This document shows, piece by piece, positions 39,480 through 52,590 of a stretch of DNA of 64,000 nucleotides. Source of the stretch: Octopus vulgaris (Eukaryota); contig OX597818.1 in assembly GCA_951406725.2 (NCBI GenBank), positions 132,246,001 to 132,310,000 of the forward strand, read 5' to 3'. The translations under genes were made by a program, and so were the position numbers. Position 1 is the first letter of the stretch; each line of letters begins with the position of its first letter. The notes under the pieces are model-generated. The model searched no databases, was not told where the DNA came from, and worked only from the letters and a program-made list of their open reading frames with translations.

Positions 39480-40290
39480 AATGTGGTTGCATCTAATAAC
39501 TCATTCACTGTACTTATTCACAAGTTTATCCGTGCACATTAAATTGCATACCATCTCCTCAGAGCATAGTTTGCAAGATCTCGAAAATGTATTGCACTGA
39601 TATGAATTTTTTTATTACCATCTCCAGACCAAGTCAATGAGTGATGTGCAGTGCCTCTTGTTAATGTTTTTAAATGATGCAATATGGTTCCAATATTGAT
39701 GTGTGTAGCAGTCAGTGATTGCACCAATATATACAAATGCATCTACTAGTGTTCTAACAATACATTTGTATATTATGCTCTTGCAAATGCATTCATTTCC
39801 CAGGGGACATGTGTTCCTATCCTTACAATTACAATTCTTTACCACATTATTTTCTGTTTAGTAGCAACAAAAATCATTATCTTTCTTTTACTTCTAAAAA
39901 CCCCTTTGTTGTTTCTGAGGTTATTATTAATGCTGTTCATATACCCTTCAATGCTATCCTTGTTGCTGTTTCTAGTACTACAATTATTGAGATTTTCAGC
40001 ATTTCCATCATTATTCATATTATTTTTGTTATTGTCTGTATTATTATTTTTATCAGAATTATTTGAACAGCTTCTATTATTTTCCTTCTTACTATTGAAT
40101 CCTTATTTGAAGGATCATTTCTATCTTTATCCCCACTAATGGTGTTAGCAATGTCCTGGTTTAGCTTCTTATTATTAAGTTCATGTATGTGGTATTATAA
40201 GTTATGTTGTTTACAATAATTTTACTAAATGTCTATTAAAGATTTTGTGGTACTTTTTAGATTTTGGAAAGTGCATATGCACTGCAGAAA
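39480..40290 (-). pseudogene. Penelope GIY-YIG domain remnant, cut at the duplication junction
   Basis: CNCKDRNTCPLGNECICKSIIYKC..VYIG..NHIASF..TSL..VW and terminal LVNKYSE*VIRCNH. Confidence 0.8.
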
Positions 40291-40493
40291 AGAAGTCCTT
40301 AGCAATCCTAAGTATGCTTGTATATGAGCATGTGTGTATGCAAATATGTGTATGTTTGTTTCTATGATGATGATTGTGATGATAACGACAACGACGACGA
40401 CGATGACAACAATGACAATTATGATGATGATGACAATGATAATGATGACTACAACGATGATGATGATGAGGAGGAGGAGGATGTTGATGATGG

Positions 40494-40527
<34 letters not shown>

Positions 40528-41019
40528 AACGACGACGACGATGACAATATATTGCCCCTATTTTAATAGTGGTGGTATAGTTTATGTCTTGTAAAAACAA
40601 AACCTCAGGTAGAAATGTAGTTTATGACAATATTACTGCAAACAAGAAATGACTGATGTCAGGAAGGGCATCCACCAATAATCTACTGCTTCAAGAAGTC
40701 TCGTCCAACCCATGACATAGAAAAAGCAGGCATAAAAATGATAATGATGAGGAGGACGAGGAGGAGAAAGAGGAGAAGGAGGAGGAGAAGGAGGAGGAGA
40801 AGGATGTTGATGATGATGATGACAACAATGGTAATGATGCATATAAATATATATATAGGCGCAGGAGTGGCTGTGTGGTAAGTAGCTTGCTAACCAACCA
40901 CATGGTACCAGGTTCAGTCCCACTGCATGGCATCTTGGACAAGTATCTTCTGCTATAGCCCCGGGCCGACCAATGCCTTGTGAGTGGATTTGGTAGACGG
41001 AAACTGAAAGAAGCCTGTC

Positions 41020-41073
<54 letters not shown>

Positions 41074-41382
41074 ATGTGTTTGTGTGTCTGTGTTTGTCCC
41101 CCTAGCATTGCTTGACAACCGATGCTGGTGTGTTTACGTCCCCGTCACTTAGCGGTCCGGCAAAGAGACCAATAGAATAAGTACTGGGCTTACAAAGAAT
41201 AAGTCCCGGGGTCGATTTGCTCAACTAAAGGCGGTGCTCTAGCATGGCCGCAGTCAAATGACTGAAACAAGTATAAAAAAAAATATCACACACAAATGGA
41301 CAAATTAGCAACAAATCATACTCAATATAATAAATCATTGAGAAATCTATCATATATATGTGTGCATGTGTGTGGGCGTGTA

Positions 41383-41430
<48 letters not shown>

Positions 41431-41934
41431 ATGTATACCTCATAAGTTATTACGAGATAGCCTATATCAATGATGACACTTTAATTATAAAGGTGGGAAA
41501 GATGGTATCGGCTACAATTATACAATTTATCTGTTTATCAGACTATTTATATACTTGCTATTTTTCTGTTTATCAGTCTATTTATTTTATTTACCTATTT
41601 ATGTATCTGAAATGGTTCGGGGGTGGGGGGGAAATGAGAACTGACTTATGACCGCCAGATTTTTAACATTTTTTTGTTGTTGTTTTTGTTTAAAATATCG
41701 ACTTAGCCATAGTTCTAATCAGGATCATTGTATTTGTTTTCTTGTCATCACTTCGTAACTCTCATCATCATCATCATCGTTGTCATCATCAGTCATCAAT
41801 AACAGTCACCACCAACACTATCACTGCTGCCATCATCATCATCATCATCATCATTATCATTACAATTATCATTATTGACATCAACATCATTATCATCACC
41901 ATTGTTGTACTCCTCAACTATACTGTCTTCACTG

Positions 41935-42305
41935 CCACCACCACCACCACTACCACCACCACCACTACCACCACTACCACCACTACCACCACCACTACCA
42001 CCACCACCACCACCACCACCACCACTACCACCACTACCACCACTACCACCACCACCACCACTGCCACTACCACCACTGCCGCCACCACCACCACTACCAC
42101 CACTACCACTACCACCACTACCACCACTACCACCACCATTATCATCACCACCACCACCACTACCACCACCACTACCACCACTACCACTACCACCACCTCT
42201 ACCACCATCACTACCACCACTACCACCACCACCACCACCACCACCACCACCACCACCACCACCACCACCACCACCACCACCATTATCATCACCATCATCA
42301 CCATC
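41935..42305. repeat. (ACC/ACT)n trinucleotide array
   Basis: Direct inspection; source of the poly-T/P/V ORFs. Confidence 0.95.
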
Positions 42306-42753
42306 ACTATTTTTACATACCTGTCATTATAATCTTCTTCATCAGTAGCATTGCCATCATTATTATAATTATTATTATAATTACTATCATCGTTGTCATC
42401 CTTGTTCTACAATCATTATCATCATCATTGACATCAGTATCATTAACACATTTCTCAAGGTAGATTTAATTATCCATCACAATACCTACAATGACTACAA
42501 GCAAAGTCTTAGCATGATTTCTTTGCTAATTAGGAGAATGGTAATGATTGATGATGGCAGATATGATGAGAAACGGAATGAGAAGGATCACTTCATTGAT
42601 GAGGAGGAGAGTAATAATGAATATGGGGATGACAACAATGAGGATAACAATGATGATGATGACGATGAGGATTGTGATGGTGATGATGACCACGACGACG
42701 ATGATGACAATGACAATTATGATGATGATGACAATTATAATGATGACTACAAC

Positions 42754-42791
<38 letters not shown>

Positions 42792-42863
42792 CGACGATGA
42801 CAACAATGCCAATTATGATGATGATGACAATGATAATGATGACTACAACGATGATGATGATGG

Positions 42864-42914
<51 letters not shown>

Positions 42915-43246
42915 CGACGACGACGACGACGATGACAATAATTAGGATAATAATGTTGTTATTTATTTTAGAGGGGTCAAGACTGATCATGTAGACCTTT
43001 GACCAAAAACATTTAATTTCTGACCATCCTGTCTTTTCAAAGAAATCTAGGACATACATTATGCAACAAGCCTTTCTCATATCATCATCATCATCGTTTA
43101 ACGTCCGTTTTCCGCGCTAGCACGGGTTGGACGGTTCGACCGGGGTCTGGGAAGCCAGGGGCAGCACCAGGCTCCAGTCTGATCTGGCAGTGTTTCTACG
43201 GCTGGATGCCCTTCCTAACGCCAACCACTCTGCGAGTGTAGTGCCA

Positions 43247-44058
43247 TATATATATCTCCTTGCTTCACTCCCTTCTCGACCGGCACTCGTACGGGTGATG
43301 ACAGTAGAGCTATGTCGGTGGTGCATCCGGAATTTGCCTCTCTGAGCAGCTGCACATATTGCGCTTCGATTCCTTGCCTCTGCAGCGAGTTCAGCACTGC
43401 ATTGGTTTCTACGCTATCGAAGGCCTTCTCATAATCTATAAACGCAATGCAAAGTGGCAGCTTGTACTCATTTGCTCACTCAAGCAGTTGCGTTAGAGTA
43501 AATATATGGTCCATCGTGCTGTAGTTCTTCCGCTTGTTACCCCGGTTTTTGTTCGTCGAGACGACGTGACAACCAGTTCAGAATTATCTTCGTGAACAGC
43601 TTGCACACGTGAGACAGCAGGCATATGGGTCGGTAGTTCTTTAGATCTTCTCTGTCACCCTTCTTATACAGCAGGATGGTATTTGACTTTTTCCACTGCG
43701 AGGGAAAGGTCAATGCTTGGTATCTCGTTGAGAGAGCACATAAGTAGCAAGATCATCAGAAAGAAGTCCAGCGTGAGAGATGTCATCGCAGAGTATACAC
43801 GCAGCAAGTATAGATGGGCTGGACACATCGCCCGGCTCACCGATAATCAGTGGATGCATGCAGTTGTCGAATGGTACCCGCGTGAGTGGAAAAGACCACC
43901 CAGAAGACCTCCACGATGGTGGAGTTACGATTTCAGGAGGATGATTTGGATCACTTGGATGAGAAAGGCGCGATCCAGAGAGGAGTGGACAGCGTGCTGT
44001 GACCAGCGGTGTCAAATGGACGCCTGATGGACTGGTCAGTCAAGGTGATCAAGGTGAT
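43247..44058 (+). mobile_element. RTE-1-like LINE with inverted 5' part
   Basis: Minus 43250-43703: LLYKKGD..NYRPICLLS..FIDYEKAFDSV..GVKQGD; plus 43704-44027: ERSMLG..WAGHIAR..WYPR; tail (caaggtgat)n. Confidence 0.88.
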
Positions 44059-44550
44059 ATATATATATATATATGACACAAGGGCGTGACTTGTGGGAGA
44101 TGTGGCTGCTATTTCTAATAATGTTGTGAAACCACTCAAAGACCACTTGGTGAAGATAATGATGATGATGATAACCGTATATTTTTGTCTAGTGTGGGTT
44201 TAAAGTAGATTATTACTAGATGAATGTTGCTAACAGATATATCTGTAATCTTTTACATTGTATCTTATACACACTTCAGTCATTGGACAGTAATTGTGCT
44301 GGGACTCCACCTTGAAGGATTTCAGTTGAACGAACTGACCCAACTGCTTATATTTTGTGAAAGCATGGTATTTATTCTATTAATCCCTTATGCTGAACCA
44401 TGGTATTATTGGAATGTAAACAAAACGAACACTGGTTGTCAAGTAGTGGTGGTGATAGCAAATATAAGCACAAAGTTACATACCAATAGACACATAAATA
44501 TATACATGCATACATACATGCATACATACATACATACATGATGATGGCCA

Positions 44551-45790
44551 TCCACTCGTGACCGAAGAAGACCATTGCCGACCTTCAGGAACATTGTGCG
44601 CTCTAGGACTAACTTATATTTTGCATTTGCAGCTCCATTGGTGGCTAATGAGCCCTGCTCTTGACAAGCATATACGACTGCAAACATTGCAGACCAAGCT
44701 TTCCCCATTCACTATACGAGCTATGCACTTTCGCGCAGCTCACTTAAGTTCTTCATGCTGGATACGTGCTTCCTCAAAAGTGTCGATCCCCTCCTTAACA
44801 TACATACATACATACATACATACATGCATACATACATGCATACATACATACATTCATACATACATACATACATATATACATACATACATACATACAAGGG
44901 TTGGCTGAAAAGTTCATAAGCTAACCCAGATACTCTCAAGGAATGAGACCAAATGAGGTTTATTTTTCAACATAGTTCCCCTTGTGGTCCATGCATTTCT
45001 TCCATCAGTGTTGCAGTGCGTGGATCACATTGGTGAAGAAGTTTTCATCCTGTTGGTAAAAAAATTCTCAACAGCACATGTGATGTCATCATTCCTGTGA
45101 CACTGGTTCCCAGCCAAGTGTTTTCCATGTTGAAGAATAGGTTGATAGTCAGATGGGGCTGAATAAGAAGAATAAGGTGGATGATCAACCAGTTCAAAGC
45201 TGCAGTCATGTACAGCAACCATTGAAACCAAGGGCTTGTGTGCTGGATGAAACAAGACTTCCTTTCATCAGTTTTCTTGGGTGTTTGATCTTGATAGCAT
45301 TTTGCATCTGTCTCAGCAAGTTGTCATAGGGTCCCACCTTCATTGAGGGTGGGACCTTTTTGAAGAGAGTCAATAAACACAAAGTTTGTTGCATCTCAAA
45401 AAACTGAGGCCATCACTTTCCCTGCAGATGAAACGACCTTGGCATTCGTTGGAGCAGGTGAGGTGGGGAGTGTCTACTGCATGGATTGTCTCCTTGCTTC
45501 TGGCTCAAAGTGTTGAAGCCAACACTCATCCTGGGTTAGGAAACGTTCAAGGAAACTCTGGGTTGTCTGGGTTTCAAGCCTACGCTCTTCCACAGAAAGG
45601 AACACAGAAAAAAAACAGGGAGAGAAAATAAAGAATGTGTAGTGGCTGGCACAGGCATAGATATTGGTACAGGCATGGCAGCATGGTAAGAAGTTTGATT
45701 CCCAATTATATGGTTCTAGGTTCAGTCTCACTATGTGACATTTTAAGGTAAGTGTCTTCTACTATAGCCCCAGGCCGATGAAAGTCTTAT
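44551..45790 (-). repeat. Right arm of inverted segmental duplication
   Basis: See 38088-39479. Confidence 0.92.
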
Positions 45791-46709
45791 GAGTTTTATA
45801 AAAACAAAATCTGAAACTCCTATTGACACAATCTGTATCTCTAATTGTAATTTTTCTTCATTACATTGTATGTATCTCTGTTTTTAAAAATAGTTAAATG
45901 CATGTAAGTAGCACATATGTGTGTATATAGATATCAAACTATATACACTATCTTGTATGTGGGTTGGGCTTAGCCTGTATTAGTATTAATATGTACAGTA
46001 AAAATATTAAGAATGTATGTTAAAAGTGTATATGCATCCATATATGAATAAACATATCTGGGTATATTCTATTTTATTCATATTCCTGTCATCATCATCA
46101 TCATCGTTTAACGTCCGTTTTCCATGTTGGCATGGGTTGGACGGTTCGACTGAGGTCTGGAAAGCCAGGAGGCTGCACCAGGCCCCAATCTGGATGCCCA
46201 TTCTAACGCCGACCACTCCAAGAGTGTAGTGGGCGCTTTTTATGTGCCACCGGCACAAGGGGCCAGAGGAGCTTGCATCAGCCATGATTGGAGGTGCTTT
46301 TTATGTGCCACTAGCACAGAAGCCAGTCAAGGCAGCACTCGCATCAGCCACATTAGGATGGTGCTTTTTACGTGCTACCGGCATGGGGCTCACAACTACA
46401 ATTTCCATTAGATTTGATTTTGATGTTGATGTACTTGACTCAATAGGTCTCCTCAAGCATGGCATGTCACCCTACAATCCAAGGTACTTTTAAGTGGGCT
46501 TTCATTTAACTTTATCATTCAGTATTATCTCTTTCTGCTTTTTTAAAAACAATAAGAATGTATGTAAGAAGTGTATATAAATATATATTATTCTTTTGCT
46601 TGTTTCAGTCATTTGACTGTGGCCATGCTGAAGCACTGTATATGTATTTTTTATTTTACTTCCTTTATTTCTTTTATTTCTGCCTTTAAAAACAATATAT
46701 ATGTAAGAA

Positions 46710-46767
<58 letters not shown>

Positions 46768-46995
46768 TAACAATATAGGATGAAGTCCCTTTCTCTACAG
46801 AAAAGGATTCCATCAAAAAGCGTGGCAGTATATTAAAAAAACCTTTACGGTTGAAGTATAAACATCTTATAATTAAGGGCTAAAGAAGGTTATTCTAAAG
46901 CCAATACACTGATTTATCCACTTATAATCCACTTGTTACAGGAAAATTGAACTGAAAGCGGGCAACTAACCTTTAGAAAATTTAAATTTCGTTAT

Positions 46996-47056
46996 CTCTA
47001 TATTGAATCAATTTCGGAATTAATCCCTATAAAGGATACATTCTTCTTCAGTAGAG
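46996..47056 (-). ncRNA. Type I hammerhead ribozyme motif, near canonical
   Basis: CTCTA-CTGAAGA-AGAAT gtatcctttatagggatta ATTCC-GAAA-TTGATTCAA-TA-TAGAG: 5-bp stem I, stem II, quasi-palindromic stem III, AUA cleavage triplet; inside TA-flanked unit 46766-47107. Confidence 0.75.
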
Positions 47057-47318
47057 CTTACGAGGGAATATAAATAAAATACTCACATATAAATAAAATA
47101 CTCACATATATATATATATATAAGTAGATGTATGTGTATATATAAAATAATATACACTAGTGGGTTACAAATACAGAGAGCAACTAATCCAAAACTACTT
47201 ATTCTCAACTCACTATATTGATTATCTTTTATGCTTTCTCAGAGTCTTGTCCCACCATGATTGTTAGTGAATTGCTCATCTCTATTTCTGCCTTACCTGT
47301 TCATATGTTTAAACTTAC

Positions 47319-47350
47319 CTGAAGATATCAGGTTCCTTCCATGATGTAAT
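47319..47350 (-). other. Candidate 32-nt exon (unconfirmed)
   Basis: Minus strand tactgatgcatttttag|ATTACA..TTCAG|gtaagt; second donor cag|gtaagg 22 nt further on. Confidence 0.3.
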
Positions 47351-47501
47351 CTAAAAATGCATCAGTAAATTACTGCTGAAGCAACTTTTGTGAATTTTTG
47401 CAACACGCACATCCTTGACTGAAACAAGAGTGAGGAGTGTACAGGAGTTTAAAGTGGAATAGAATATCCACACATGTGATACTGTGTTTAGTAATAATGT
47501 A

Positions 47502-47839
47502 GGCGCATGGCTCAGTGGTTAGAGCGTTGAGCTTACGATCATGAGGTTGTGAGCTCAAATCCCGGACCGGGCTGCATGTTGTGTTCTTGAACAAGGCACT
47601 TTATTTCACGTTGCTCCAGTTCACTCAGCTGTAGAAATGAGTTGCGACGTCACTGGTGCCAAGCTGTATCGACCTTTGCCTTTCCCTTGGATAACACTGG
47701 TGGCGTGGAGAGGGGAGGCTGGTATGCATGGGCGACTGCTGGTCTTCCATAAACAACCTTGCCCGGACTTGTGTCTAGGAGGGTAACTTTCTAGGTGCAA
47801 TCCCATGGTCATTCATGACCGAAGGGGGTCTTTACCCTT
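47502..47839 (+). mobile_element. Full-length SINE family C
   Basis: tRNA-like head GGCGCATGGCTCAGTGGTTAGAGCG..; tail gggggtctttaccctt. Confidence 0.9.
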
Positions 47840-48326
47840 AGGGTTGTAAACTTTGAGAATATCATTAAAAACAAGGAAATAAATCCAGAAGAATGAACCT
47901 CAGTAAGTTACTATTGGTTATATGTGAGTCAGCAAAGTAAACTTCTACATGATAGCTTGACCTTCTAGAAATAACAGCTAAATCACCTTCATCTTGCTGT
48001 CTGCACACTCTATTCTTTACTACTCTCATAATGAAAATATCTTGAAAAAAACACAATAATAACTGCCCTACCACCACCATCTCCACCACTACCACCACTA
48101 GCAACAACAACAACAACAACATCTTCACAGTAAATAATTACTTTATATCATTGTTCTTGTTGCCTTTACATCAGTAATTTACATTGATGTATTTCTCATC
48201 GTTACATTTCCTCAACTGATCTAAGTCTATGTTGCCGATGGTGACAGAATGTCTATCCAGTTACAATTAATTTTGAAGAAAACAACAGATAAATAAACAA
48301 ATGAAACATAAATATGTGTGTGCAAA

Positions 48327-48370
<44 letters not shown>

Positions 48371-48375
48371 CACAC

Positions 48376-48410
<35 letters not shown>

Positions 48411-48455
48411 CATATATACATATACATATATACATATACATATATATATGTTTGC

Positions 48456-48496
<41 letters not shown>

Positions 48497-48498
<2 letters not shown>

Positions 48499-48990
48499 CA
48501 GTTATGCAGATAAACAAATTAGGTGCATTAATTATATTGAATATATCAAATATAATAGTTATAGTATGAAATACAAAATATGTATATATTTATACATGCA
48601 AACTAATAATTGACTTATAATGCCTTTCTTCCACTCCGTTAATTTTCCCTATCATTTGTACTCCATGTAAGTTGGACCTATTAATATAAATATCTATATA
48701 TTTATACATAAAATTTCATCATCTGAAATTTTCCACCTTGTGCTTTCTCTCATTTTGCATGTATACATATTGTACATATTTTGTATTTCATACCCTATTA
48801 TATTTAATGTATTTAATGTATCTAATTTGTGTATTCGCATAATTGCTTCTGTATCCGCTCAACTGTATTCGCCTTTTTTACCTCATAGAATTGATCCCTT
48901 GTAAAGACATCAGAATCTAAGTGTGAATCTTTTGAGCGCTACTAAGTGTCTTCTATACTGAAAATCTCTAGATCTCATCTGTGGACTATA
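48497..48990 (+). mobile_element. Fold-back plus tail element, homologous to 11958-12378
   Basis: Arms ~48497-48602 / 48754-48846, tail to 48990, (TA)n flanks. Confidence 0.75.
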
Positions 48991-49035
<45 letters not shown>

Positions 49036-49366
49036 ATATAACGATGAATGGCTTTGCATGGGCCATGGTCCGTTTTGTTCCCTTACTTTGTTGTCATCTT
49101 ATAATCATCTGATAATAATGACTTTTATGACTCGTATTACTACCTCAGTCAATCCAATTGTATATATTTGTCTTTACCTGTCATAAATAGCCTTTTTTTA
49201 TTTGCAATGTGCATTTTCATTGATTTTTCATACTTTACCCTTACATTTCCACGTGTATTTTATATTTTCTTTTCGTAACATATTTCTACTATATATATAT
49301 ATATATATATATATATCACCAACATCATTTAATATCAACATATGTATATACATATATATACATATA

Positions 49367-50800
49367 TTGGGTTGGCCAAAAAGCGCTCATTGGATCTTTT
49401 TAAACAAAAATAAGACACAAGTTTTAAACAGAAAGTGATTTATTCAATCAATTATGCAGTTTTTGTTTCATTCCGGTATCTTCTGCTATTTTGGGAGCAG
49501 ATCCATTCATGCCTGCTCAAAGAATTTCTTATCTTTACTGGTAAAAAACTCTTACAGATGAATTTTCACAACCACTTCAGAGTTGAAGGTCTGTCCAATC
49601 ACTGAATTTTGAAGATACTGAAACATGTGGAAATCTGAAGGTGCAAGGCCAGGTGAATATGGAGAGTGTGGCAAAACTTCTCCATCAAGCTCCAGTAACT
49701 TCTTCCACATCTGTAAAGGAGTATGTAATCTGGAATTGTCATGATAAAAGACAATGCTCTTATGATTAGCATTTCTGGTGGATCCCTAGATTTATTTTGT
49801 CCAGCTGGTCACAGTACTCATACAAATTAACCCTTTCGTTACCGTATCTATTTTGAGATGCTCTGTGTTTCTTTCGATTACTTTAAATATAACAAAGAAT
49901 TTAGTAAAATAACGTAGTTATCATTCAGCTAGTGTTAGGGACATAAATTGTGACTAAGTTTTGGTGGAGGATTTTAATTCAAAAGCTTATGAAAACAAGA
50001 CATTTGTACTCAGAGCCAGAGCTGGTTTCAGCTGGGTTGGTAATGAAAGGGTTCAAAGTAGTAGTATTGATGGTGGCAGTGGGAATGATAATAAGAGATA
50101 TAATGTGTCGACTTGGAACTTATTGCAAAGCTGCATGATGAGCAACAGTACCACCACCATCACTACTACATCTGCCATATACACCATTCAGACTTCTGAC
50201 ATCACCACCATCAATACTTTTGACTTCGCCACCTTCCCCTCCACCACCATCATCTGTCTTTCACATCACTTACTCTCACCGTTATCCCTGACCGGGTTGG
50301 TAATGAAAGGGTTAATTATCATATCCATGGGAAGAAGCTCATAAAAAGACAACACCTTTTCACTTCCACCAAATTAAAAGCATAACCTTCTTTGTGTGAA
50401 GTCCTGCTTTGGAAGTTGTTTGTGATGGTTCACTGTGCTCCCTCCATGATTGTTATAGCTGCATCTTGGTTCCATTATCCACAAGTTTGATACTGTGGGA
50501 TTTAAAAAGAAAGAAAGGGAACATACTCTTGTATAGTATCTTGCCCCTTCACTTTCCATAAAAATATCCTTTTTTTCTAATAATAACCTGACATTTGCAA
50601 GTCTTTTCTCATGGGGTGCCACAATGTCTACCTTGATCTTCCACGTTTCAGGTCATTGGTGAAGCCTGGCATTGTGAATCTAAAATTCCAGCTTTCTTTA
50701 CAAAGTGCAGGAAACTTCTTGAATATTTTCATGGATTGTTTGGTGCACTGTTTTACAGTCTGATTGTCAAGTACAAAAACTTTAAACATTTTGCACCCAA
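49367..50800 (-). mobile_element. Decayed mariner transposon
   Basis: TA|ttgggttggccaaaaag TIR; PHSPYSPGLAPSDFHMF; KAGLHTKKVMLLIWW. Confidence 0.85.
49831..50311. mobile_element. piggyBac-type MITE nested in the mariner, with two right ends
   Basis: TTAA|ccctttcgttacc; ggtaatgaaaggg ends at 50051 (ttca) and 50311 (TTAA). Confidence 0.8.
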
Positions 50801-52084
50801 AGATGCAGCCAGAAAGTTGGGGACCAGTTCCTCACTGAGTGGGAGCCACCCAGCTTAAGTTAGGCAGTAGCTGATAAGTATATCAGCTATGACTTTTCCC
50901 AGACAACCCAGGGTTTCCTTATTCTACTCCAAATCAGACAATTTATGACCCATAACTGTTGTTTCCCATGTTGTGCCTTCGTTCCACAAAGATGGAGAAA
51001 CCTTTCTATTGTAAAAGAAAAAGAATAAAAAGAAAGAGTTCAGGTAGTTCTATGATGATCCTGGGTTATTCATGTATCACAATTCTCCCCTTGGCATTCC
51101 TGGTATAGTCCAGAGGAAAGAAAAGGTTGTATATCTGATACCAGTTTTGTTGTAGGAAATTACTAGAAAAATTTCCAAATAGAGATATTGTACCCCACTA
51201 CAGAGTTTCCCCCTGATATTTCTGCTAGAATTTGATTTCCTTCTCTTTATGTTATGTCCAACACTCACAAAGCAGTTCCACTACCTAAACTATAGTTGAT
51301 GGATCTGGTGGATGTGTTACTGAACTCTAAGGTATGATCAAACCACACAACAGTGAACTGCATGCCAAATCATTGGGGTAAACAATCAAGTCTCTGGCAT
51401 CTGAATCTAATGTAACATGTAAGTAGTTAGGTATAGTTAACTTAGTCTTTGTAGTGATCCTATAAAGCATTGGGCTCACAATCATGAGGTACTGAGTTCG
51501 ATTCTCAGACCAGGATGTGTGTTGTGTGCTTGGGCAAGACAATTTATTTCACATTCCTCCAATTCACTCAGGAGTTGCGACATCACAGGTGCCAAGATAT
51601 ATTGGCCTTTGCCGTTCTCTTGGATAATATTGGTGGCATGGAGAGGAGAGGCTGGCATGCATGGGCAACTGCTGGTCTTCCATAAACACTTGCTTGAACT
51701 TGCGCCTTGGAGGGTAACTTTCTAGGGGAAATCCCATGGTCATTCATGACCAAAAGGGTTCTTTACCCTTAATAGTGATCCTAAGATTTGAAAACTTAGA
51801 TAATGTCTTAAGCTTATTTTATCTAGTTTTAGTTTAGTTTGGGACTATAGGGATCCTGATTACCGGGTGTTGCGATAGGGAAGTACTACCAAGACATTTT
51901 ATTCTAGAGAGGTAATAGATGGAGTAACCATATGCAGAGAGCTCTTCATTTCACATTCTTGTTAGCCAATGGTGAAAGCAGAAAGTCAGAAGGTGACATA
52001 ACAAATGCATAACAATTACTAAGTGATGGATATGTGTGTATAACTATGTATGTGTATATATATATATGTATGTATATGTGAGTG

Positions 52085-52192
<108 letters not shown>

Positions 52193-52322
52193 CATACATA
52201 TATATACACACATATATATATATATATTTATATATACATACATGTATACATATATATATAATCAGTAAATTATATGCAGATATATATGCGTATGCATACA
52301 AATATATATGTATATATTTATA

Positions 52323-52371
<49 letters not shown>

Positions 52372-52553
52372 TGCCAGATCTGACTGGCCTGGTGCAGCCT
52401 TCGGGCTCCCCAGACCCCAGTTGAACCGTCCAACCCATGCTAGCATGGAAAACGGACGCTAAATGATGATGATGATGATGTATATACATTTATACATATA
52501 ATATATATGCACATATACACATACACACAAATATATATATATATATACACAAA

Positions 52554-52590
<37 letters not shown>

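Noticed and set aside
42514-42945. Asp-rich ORF resembling an acidic biomineralisation protein (also 62598-63428 minus)
   Set aside because: (GAT)n expansion open in several frames, no signal peptide, embedded in TE debris.
38088-45790. Giant foldback transposon with 1.2-kb TIRs, or a haplotype assembly artefact
   Set aside because: Arms are mosaics of truncated unrelated TEs with no TSD and asymmetric junctions; substitutions and an arm-specific SINE indicate a real, older duplication.
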